From positions 4,849 to 68,848 of the forward strand of contig CAZKCG010000024.1 in assembly GCA_964551445.1 (NCBI GenBank): DNA of 64,000 nt. The letters are read 5' to 3'. Under the pieces are notes generated by a model. The model saw only the letters and a program-made list of their open reading frames with translations. It searched no databases and had not been told where the DNA came from. Each line of letters opens with the position of its first letter. Position 1 is the stretch's first letter. A program made the translations under genes and the position numbers. Below, one piece after another: positions 1-6,901 of the stretch. This stretch comes from an uncultured bacterium. Lineage in GTDB: Bacteria; Muiribacteriota; UBA9980.

Positions 1-1057
1 AACCGTAATGGACGATACTTTCACCCTCGATCCGCAAAGGGTCGGATCGTTCTGCTTAGAAATGAATAAGTTAAGAAAAGAAAGAAACATCGCGTGGTAT
101 TGCGAGGGGCATGTCCGCACGCTCGCGAAGCACCCTGAAATGTTAAAAAATATGTCAGAGGCCGGGCTTTTAAGGCTGCAGATAGGCGTCGAAACAGGGT
201 GCCAGAGCGTGCTGGATATTTACAAAAAAAATACTACGTTAGACGAAATTGAATTTGTGGTCCGCGAGGCCGTCAGATGCAAAATACCCCAGATCGCCAC
301 GAACCTTATAATCGGCGGGCCGCTCGAAAACGAAAATGTTTTGAATGAAACCATTTCATTCGCCGAAAAATTATTGAATATCGCGCCCGGCGTTATCGAC
401 ATTACGACAGGTTTTTTAAGACCATATCCCGGAACGGCCATTTCGAATGACCCTTCGGCCTTCGGCCTTAAAATATTCGAAGACGGTGAACTGAGATCTT
501 TTGACGACTATCCTCCCGTTTCGGTCGACGGACTTTCAGCCGAGGATATAATCATCAACCGGGTAAAAACAGGCCGTCACATATCAAAAACAATGCGCGG
601 CCTTTTAAAGGAAAACAAGGTCGCTTACGAAGCAATGCTTTCGCAGTACAACGCGGCCCGCGAATACGGCGTGACAAGCATGTGGTATCTCGACGTGTTT
701 AAAAGGAATATATTTCTGGACGAATATTTCAGGCTCATATCAGGCGGTGCCGCGAAGCGCCTTTCGGAGGTTCCCGCCCTTGAATTCGCGGCATGGCGGC
801 CACAGCGCACGGTCGAAATATGGCGTAACGTAAATATGGCGAACGGCTATCCTGAAATAGACGGGTATGTTCTTTCTCCGCTCGAATTTGAACTTCTATT
901 GCGAAGCAGCGGCAAATTGACCTTTGACGAGGTATTGACCGGCCTTTACGGCATATTCGGCGATAAATTCGACGGCATGAATGAATTATCGGAACAGCTG
1001 ATGCAATTGCTGGAAAATTTCGACTCGAAATATTGGGTAGTTTTTTGCAAAATATGA
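1..1057 (+). CDS. B12-dependent (class B) radical SAM enzyme with C-terminal RRE/PqqD-like domain; 5'-truncated by the window edge
   Basis: Frame is open from the window start (..TVMDDTFT). DDTF, WYCEGH, IGVETG and PYPGT motifs, plus C-terminal LSPLEFELLLRSSGKLTFDEV..., align with the four full-length paralogs at 1464-9601. Confidence 0.85.
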   Translation, partial: TVMDDTFTLDPQRVGSFCLEMNKLRKERNIAWYCEGHVRTLAKHPEMLKNMSEAGLLRLQIGVETGCQSVLDIYKKNTTLDEIEFVVREAVRCKIPQIATNLIIGGPLENENVLNETISFAEKLLNIAPGVIDITTGFLRPYPGTAISNDPSAFGLKIFEDGELRSFDDYPPVSVDGLSAEDIIINRVKTGRHISKTMRGLLKENKVAYEAMLSQYNAAREYGVTSMWYLDVFKRNIFLDEYFRLISGGAAKRLSEVPALEFAAWRPQRTVEIWRNVNMANGYPEIDGYVLSPLEFELLLRSSGKLTFDEVLTGLYGIFGDKFDGMNELSEQLMQLLENFDSKYWVVFCKI

Positions 1058-1063
1058 TATAAT
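1055..1063 (+). promoter_or_regulatory. Extended -10 element (TGnTATAAT) upstream of the RiPP precursor
   Basis: TGATATAAT overlaps the upstream stop codon about 40 nt before the precursor ATG; no clear -35. Confidence 0.45.
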
Positions 1064-1100
1064 AAATCTACACGGATCCCAATCAAAAGGAGGTGAATAC

Positions 1101-1385
1101 ATGACAGCAAATAATGCAAAAGCCCTTCTGGCAAAGCTTCAAAGCGATGAGAAACTGGCGAAAGAACTCAAAAATTCGAAAAATGAATCCGAATTTTTGG
1201 AAAAAGCTAAAAAACACGGTTTCGAAGTAACGATCGCCGATTTCAAAAAAGCCACTGAAGAGCTGAAAAAATCCCACGCGAAAAGCGGACAGCTTTCCGA
1301 CGATGAACTCGAGAAAGTTGCGGGAGGTCTTTCATTGGTAGGCGTTGACTACGCTTTCGTAGGCGTACAGACAGCCAAAAAGTAG
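1101..1385 (+). CDS. Nif11-like leader RiPP precursor peptide (core LSLVGVDYAFVGVQTAKK)
   Basis: Strong RBS AGGAGGTGA. Leader AKALLAKLQSDEKL...AKKHGFEVT..DF...QLSDDELEKVAGG matches the Nif11/double-glycine leader consensus (LSDxELExVAGG). Flanked by RRE-bearing radical SAM genes. Confidence 0.9.
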   Translation: MTANNAKALLAKLQSDEKLAKELKNSKNESEFLEKAKKHGFEVTIADFKKATEELKKSHAKSGQLSDDELEKVAGGLSLVGVDYAFVGVQTAKK

Positions 1386-1414
1386 AAAGGTCAGAAATTG
1401 ATCAGTAACCTTTT

Positions 1415-1465
1415 ACCACGCTTCTTATAGACCCTCACAAAAGGGTTGAAGGAGCGTGGTTTTTT
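1415..1465 (+). terminator. Intrinsic terminator between the precursor and the convergent rSAM operon
   Basis: ACCACGCTTC...ACCCT-CACAAA-AGGGT...GGAGCGTGGT stem-loop followed by a T run. Confidence 0.7.
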
Positions 1466-3218
1466 ATGGAATGAAAATAATGAGATGTTTTTCTTCCATG
1501 GCTTTCAATGTTTGCCTGGCCGTCTCCAAAGTGTGCGGCAAAGTATCTCCATGCTTTTTAACGATCAGCTCCAGCACGGCCCCGAGCCGGTTCCTGCCGT
1601 CGCATAAAAGAGCGATGTCGAGTTCGAGCCCGCAAAGTTTATTTTCATCGATGACCGGTCTCGTTTGAATATAACCGCCGGCCGGACCTATGCCGAACGT
1701 TCTGCAGGGATAGCAAGAGTCTATCTTATCGGGCGGGATGTCATCGGAGTGCGAGCCGCGCGATAATATCATCATTTCGTAATATTGCTTGGCGAAAGGG
1801 TCCCTCGAATAAATAAAACGACACCAGCTGCTTGAAAGGCCGTATTTGAGAGAAAGATCGAAATGTTTTTTTATGCGCTCTCGCGGCACCGAACCTTTTT
1901 TGAAAAGCTTTAACATGCGTTCGACGGAGCGCGACAAAAATTTTCTCGCCGCCATGCTTATTTCAAATCTCGAAAGTTCTTGCGTTTCGGTTACCGGAAA
2001 ATCCTCGGTAGTCGTGATCGAACCGGGATCGAGGATGCGTATCCCGAAATCGCGCGGACATTTTGAAATGGCGGTATTCGGAAGCGGCATTATGAAAGTG
2101 GTCGAAATATCTATCATGCCCGGAGCCGCTTCGTGAAGCCCCTCGACGAATACCGTCGTCCGTTCGAGCGTCTCGTTGGTCTCGCGTGCCCCGCCTATTA
2201 TAAAATTTCCGGCCAGCTGGGCCAGACCGGCTTTATAGCATATACGGACGACCTCTTCTATATCATCCGTCGTGATCTTTTTGTCATAGAGTTCGAGCGA
2301 TTTGCCGCAGCCGGATTCCATTCCGATCTGCATGCGCGCCATGCCGGCTTTTACCATCATTTCAACCAGGTCGTGATTTTTTGAAAGAAGCGCGGCGTGC
2401 CCTTCGCAGAACCAGACAAAATGCCGCTCTTTTTTAAGCTCGGAAAGGGCCTGGCAAAATTCGCTCGTCCGGTTATAATTCAACGTAAATGTATCGTCGA
2501 CGAACCAAACGTAATTCGCGTCGGGGTTTTCCAGAAGTCCGCGTCTTATCTCTCCGATAACCTTTTCGACGCTTCGAAGCCTGAGCTTTTTAGTGTTGCC
2601 GCCCTCGAAGCAGAACGAGCAGCGGAAGGGACACCCGCGCGCCGACATCACCGAAAGATTATATTTTTTTCTGCCGCCGAGCTCGAAAGAAGCCGCAGGA
2701 AAGGGATAAAGATCGATCACTTCCGCGGGTTCGCGCGGCTCGTTGATCTTAAGGGCCCCGTTTTCGTCGATATATAAAACGCCTTTTATTTTTTCGAGTT
2801 CTCCGCGCCCGAGCGTCAGATATTCCATTAATTCAAAAAGCGCGGATTCGCCATCGCCCCGGACGATATAATCGCATTCCGAGCTTTTTATGAAATCTTC
2901 TCCGAGATTTATGGCTTGAGGGCCGCCGACGATAATTTTTACGCCATAAGTTTTTTTGAAATAACGGCTCATTTCTTCGACGGCGGATTGGTTGTCATAA
3001 TCGCAATAAAAGCCGGCAGCCGCGATCGGCGTCTTTTGAAATTCATCGCGAAAAATGTTCTCCGCGTCGGTAGTTATGCCGGTGAACGCCCTTGCCGTAT
3101 AGCCTTTTTCTTCAAGATACGCCGAGAGAGAGGAAATTCCAAGATTGCCAAGATGCTCGAATTTTCTTCCGTGAACTATTCGCTGAACGTACATGAGTAA
3201 TATGTATGGAGCGCTCAT
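1464..3218 (-). CDS. B12-binding radical SAM RiPP-modifying enzyme with C-terminal RRE-like domain (584 aa)
   Basis: N-terminal cobalamin-binding motifs (LGISSLSAYL, GGPQA, VRGDGE); RGCPFRCSFC (CxxxCxxC), DDTF, GMESG; C-terminal LELDIALLCDGRNRLGAV PqqD-like. Confidence 0.9.
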   Translation of the reverse strand: MSAPYILLMYVQRIVHGRKFEHLGNLGISSLSAYLEEKGYTARAFTGITTDAENIFRDEFQKTPIAAAGFYCDYDNQSAVEEMSRYFKKTYGVKIIVGGPQAINLGEDFIKSSECDYIVRGDGESALFELMEYLTLGRGELEKIKGVLYIDENGALKINEPREPAEVIDLYPFPAASFELGGRKKYNLSVMSARGCPFRCSFCFEGGNTKKLRLRSVEKVIGEIRRGLLENPDANYVWFVDDTFTLNYNRTSEFCQALSELKKERHFVWFCEGHAALLSKNHDLVEMMVKAGMARMQIGMESGCGKSLELYDKKITTDDIEEVVRICYKAGLAQLAGNFIIGGARETNETLERTTVFVEGLHEAAPGMIDISTTFIMPLPNTAISKCPRDFGIRILDPGSITTTEDFPVTETQELSRFEISMAARKFLSRSVERMLKLFKKGSVPRERIKKHFDLSLKYGLSSSWCRFIYSRDPFAKQYYEMMILSRGSHSDDIPPDKIDSCYPCRTFGIGPAGGYIQTRPVIDENKLCGLELDIALLCDGRNRLGAVLELIVKKHGDTLPHTLETARQTLKAMEEKHLIIFIP

Positions 3219-3232
3219 TTTATTAAATTCTC

Positions 3233-4999
3233 CTAAAAACGCGTATAACCGATCCAGCGGAGATCCTCGAATTTTTTCATCGCGGCTTTGAACCGTTCCG
3301 CGAAAACGAATTCATCGGGGATATCGGCGCTAAATTTTTTATGCGCGATCTCATAAACCTTTGAAAGCCTGTTTTTTCCGCTGCACAGAAGGATAAGTTC
3401 GTATTCGAGGGCCGACAGTTTTCTTCCGGCGATAGACGCTTCGCCTCCGGCGTAAACCAGCGTGCCGTAAATTTCAAAAACCCTTTGCGGATGCCATGAA
3501 TCAATATCGGCTTCCGGGACATCCTTTGAAGCCGATATAATATCCGATACCAGCATTTTATAGTAACCGTCCTCTATATGGTTGGCTGCGAAGATCCTTG
3601 TCAGCCAGACCGAACCGAGACCGTATTTGACTGCCAGTATGTAATTTTGCATAACCGTTTCCGGAGCTACCTCGCCGTTGAAATACATTTTTTTCATAAT
3701 GGAATATAATTTGATATTGAAATCAAAACCGGCGTTGGTAAGTTTATCCCACGGCATTTTTTCAGTTTCGGTAAGCGGCATGTCGGTAAGCGCTTGATCT
3801 TCCCTTTCCGAAAGAAAGCTGAGGCCGTAGGCTTCAGGATCACGCCTGATAGCGGTTCCGGGATAAGGTATAAGAAATCCTCCTACCATCTCGACACGGC
3901 CGGGACCCATGCGCATGAGCCTTTCAGCGAGATCCAGATCCGTTTTCATCATCGATTCGTCAGCCATATAGCCGCCGATAACTATGTTGCCTGATATCTG
4001 AGGGATCCCCGCCTCAACGGCTTTCATAACGACCGTTTCTATCATTTCCACGTTCGTCTGTTTTCCGTATTTTTTTAAAACCTCGTCGCTGCCCGATTCT
4101 ATACCGAGAAAGATCCTTCCCAGACCTGATTCCGCCATAAATTGAAGCATCTCGGGATTTTTTTTCAGCGGCTGGACATGGCCCATGCAGTGCCACATGA
4201 AGTCTCTCTCCGTTCTTAATTTAGCGAGTTCCTTCGATATCGATTCAACTCTCCGCGGATCGAACGCGAAAGTGTCGTCTGAAAAAAATAAGTGTCGGCA
4301 TTGCGGATGATTGTCAAAATGATATTTTATCTCATCGATGACGTTCGCGACGCTTCGAAAACGCATTCTGCCGCTGGTGCTTCCCTCATAACAGAAGGCG
4401 CACCTGTAGGGGCAGCCGCGGCCGGACATAATTGGGAAACCATACCATTTGTCGCTGTTGTTTTCCATAAGATAATCGGGAAAAGGAAGCGCGTCAAGAT
4501 CTTCTATCGGAGCCCTGTCAGGATTTTTCATAAAATTTCCGACGGCGTCCAGAAATGTTATCCCTTCGATCCGGCCGGGCTGTTTTTCGCCGCCGATATA
4601 ATGGCGCAAAAGTTCCAGCAGGGTATATTCAGCCTCGCCGCGAATTATAGCGTCACACCCCGACATTTTCAAAAAATCTGCGCCGAGGGAGATCGCCTGC
4701 GGGCCGCCCGCGAATATCGGTATATTCCAGTTGTTTTTAAAATTTTTTATCAACCGGCATACGTGGATATAATTTTCGTTGTCGCAATAAAAACCGGCGC
4801 ATTTAAAGCATTCTTCACGCATGATGGTTCCGGCCCATTCCATCGCCTGATGGGTGTAGCCGCGCAAAATTTTAACGGTGTAGCCGTTCTTTTTAACGAG
4901 CGCCGCGAGAAGAGCGAGCCCTATATTTATGCCTTTGGATTTTCCGCCCTCGCCGAGCACGTCGTGGTGAACGTTTATCAATAATATATCAATTGCCAT
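3233..4999 (-). CDS. B12-binding radical SAM enzyme with C-terminal RRE-like domain (588 aa)
   Basis: IGLALLAA, GGPQA, IRGEAE; RGCPYRCAFC; DDTF; GIESG; C-terminal LSALEYELILLCSGKNRL. Confidence 0.9.
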   Translation of the reverse strand: MAIDILLINVHHDVLGEGGKSKGINIGLALLAALVKKNGYTVKILRGYTHQAMEWAGTIMREECFKCAGFYCDNENYIHVCRLIKNFKNNWNIPIFAGGPQAISLGADFLKMSGCDAIIRGEAEYTLLELLRHYIGGEKQPGRIEGITFLDAVGNFMKNPDRAPIEDLDALPFPDYLMENNSDKWYGFPIMSGRGCPYRCAFCYEGSTSGRMRFRSVANVIDEIKYHFDNHPQCRHLFFSDDTFAFDPRRVESISKELAKLRTERDFMWHCMGHVQPLKKNPEMLQFMAESGLGRIFLGIESGSDEVLKKYGKQTNVEMIETVVMKAVEAGIPQISGNIVIGGYMADESMMKTDLDLAERLMRMGPGRVEMVGGFLIPYPGTAIRRDPEAYGLSFLSEREDQALTDMPLTETEKMPWDKLTNAGFDFNIKLYSIMKKMYFNGEVAPETVMQNYILAVKYGLGSVWLTRIFAANHIEDGYYKMLVSDIISASKDVPEADIDSWHPQRVFEIYGTLVYAGGEASIAGRKLSALEYELILLCSGKNRLSKVYEIAHKKFSADIPDEFVFAERFKAAMKKFEDLRWIGYTRF

Positions 5000-5055
5000 A
5001 TATAATTCCTTAATAAAGCCCTTTATAGACAGATTCCCCGAATCGGACCTTACGG

Positions 5056-6828
5056 TTAAAATCGCGAATAAGCCATCCAGCCCTTTCGTTCAAATTCGCC
5101 GAGGACCGCCGCCGCCTCTTTCCCGAATTCGTCGCGGCCGTCAAAAAGCCCGCCGAATTTCTGAAACGCTCTGTCCATAACTTCGGACAACTTCGTCTTT
5201 CCGGCGCACATAAGAAGCATCTCATATTCAAGCGGCGATAGAACGTCCTTCCCTATTGCCGGATAGCCTTCGTCGAAGGAAACCGTGTTCCATATTTCCA
5301 GAGTTCTCTGCGGATGCCATGAAAGTAATTCTTCAGGATTTATTTCATTAGACCGCCTTAGCGCGCCGCCGGCCAGCAGAGTATAATAATTGTATTTAAC
5401 GGCGTTCTCGGGATATACCTGGGCTATCCAGCGCGAATAAACGCCATATTTTATCAGCAGGGAGTAACTTTGAAGTATCGTTTCATAAGGTATGCCGCCG
5501 CTTCTATAAATTTTTCGCATTTCCTTCTGGACGCTCCTGTTGAATTCGAGCCTCGCCGCGAGAAGGTCTTCAAATCTCATGGCGTCCGTCTCTGAAAGCG
5601 GGATATCTTCAAGCGCCTGATTTTCACGCCGGCAGAGAGTCTTCATGCCGAATTTTTCTGGAGCGAGCGTTATGGCGGTTCCGGGGTAGGGTATGAAGAA
5701 AAAACCCGCCGTATCGAACCTGCCGGGCGCCACCCTTAAAAGCGCTTTTACGAGCGTCAGGCTTTCTTCGATAGTTTCAGGGCTTTCGACGGGGCCGCCC
5801 AGTATAATATTTCCGGCGACCTGCGCGATATTGGCTTTTTCTGATTCCGAGACCACCTTTATTATCATTTCGCGGTTCGTCTGCTTGCGGTATAATGAAA
5901 GGACCATGTCCGAACCGGATTCAACGCCGATAAAGAGTTTGGCCAGGCCGGCCGCCGACATCCGGTAAAGCATTTCAGGATCCCTGGCCAGCGTCTGAAC
6001 GTGCCCTTCGCAGAACCATACGAAGTCGATGTCACGCCTGAGACTCGTCAGGCCGTTACAGAAACTTTCAACTCTTTTAGGGTCAAGAGTGAAGGTGTCG
6101 TCTACGAAAAATAAATATTTACATTGCGGGTGGCGCGAAAAATGAATTTTGATTTCGTCAAGAACGCTTTCAACGCTTCTGTAGCGGACTTTTTTTATCC
6201 CGGCCCCTTCATGACAGAAAGCGCACCTGTATGGACAGCCCCTTCCGGTCATTACCGGAAAACTGTTCCATTTTTCATGACCTTTTTCGAGACGAAAGTC
6301 GGGATGGGGCAGTTTGTCCAGTTCCTCTATAGGGGTTCTGTCAGGAGTTTTGACGAACCCGCTTTCAGCGTCGAGATAAGAAATGCCGTCTATGTCGCAT
6401 AACTTTTTACCGTCCCGGAATATCGAATCGAGGAGTTCGAGCAGCGCGTATTCTCCTTCGCCGCGAACCACGGCGTCGCAGCGGGCCGCCTCGATGAATT
6501 CAGCGCCGAGATCCGATGCCTGCGGGCCGCCTATGAATACGGGCACATTGTATTTTTCCTTGATCCCGGCCGCCAGACCGGACACGAGCGTCATATTCTC
6601 GTAATCACAATAAAGACCAACGCTTTGGGGACCGCTTTCGCATGTGAACATTTTCATAAGTTCGTCCGCGCCGCAGGCCAACCCCATATGGACCCCGGCA
6701 TTGTAGCCGTGTTCCCTCAAAAAAACGGCGAGAAGGTTAAGCCCTATGGTCAGCCCGCCATTCAGAAAGCCCCAGTTGTCCCGGTGAACATTGACGAGTA
6801 ATATGTCGAGAGTTTTATTCTGTTCCAA
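5056..6828 (-). CDS. B12-binding radical SAM enzyme with C-terminal RRE-like domain (590 aa)
   Basis: TTG start with GGAG RBS; IGLNLLA, GGPQA, VRGEGE; RGCPYRCAFC; DDTF; GVESG; LSPLEYEMLLMCAGKTKL. Confidence 0.9.
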   Translation of the reverse strand: MEQNKTLDILLVNVHRDNWGFLNGGLTIGLNLLAVFLREHGYNAGVHMGLACGADELMKMFTCESGPQSVGLYCDYENMTLVSGLAAGIKEKYNVPVFIGGPQASDLGAEFIEAARCDAVVRGEGEYALLELLDSIFRDGKKLCDIDGISYLDAESGFVKTPDRTPIEELDKLPHPDFRLEKGHEKWNSFPVMTGRGCPYRCAFCHEGAGIKKVRYRSVESVLDEIKIHFSRHPQCKYLFFVDDTFTLDPKRVESFCNGLTSLRRDIDFVWFCEGHVQTLARDPEMLYRMSAAGLAKLFIGVESGSDMVLSLYRKQTNREMIIKVVSESEKANIAQVAGNIILGGPVESPETIEESLTLVKALLRVAPGRFDTAGFFFIPYPGTAITLAPEKFGMKTLCRRENQALEDIPLSETDAMRFEDLLAARLEFNRSVQKEMRKIYRSGGIPYETILQSYSLLIKYGVYSRWIAQVYPENAVKYNYYTLLAGGALRRSNEINPEELLSWHPQRTLEIWNTVSFDEGYPAIGKDVLSPLEYEMLLMCAGKTKLSEVMDRAFQKFGGLFDGRDEFGKEAAAVLGEFERKGWMAYSRF

Positions 6829-6901
6829 ATCATTCTCCAGTTATTCGTTTATAGAACCGCCATTTATCATCCGGCCCGTTGTTTCAGTCTTTTAATATAA
6901 T

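Noticed and set aside
1101-1385. Precursor as a lanthipeptide, sactipeptide/ranthipeptide or spliceotide substrate
   Set aside because: The core has no Cys and no XYG motif; the flanking rSAMs are B12-type without a Cys-rich SPASM domain; no LanB/C/M or YcaO is in the window.
4292-4984. 230-aa + strand ORF
   Set aside because: Antisense shadow of a well-supported rSAM gene; no recognisable motifs.
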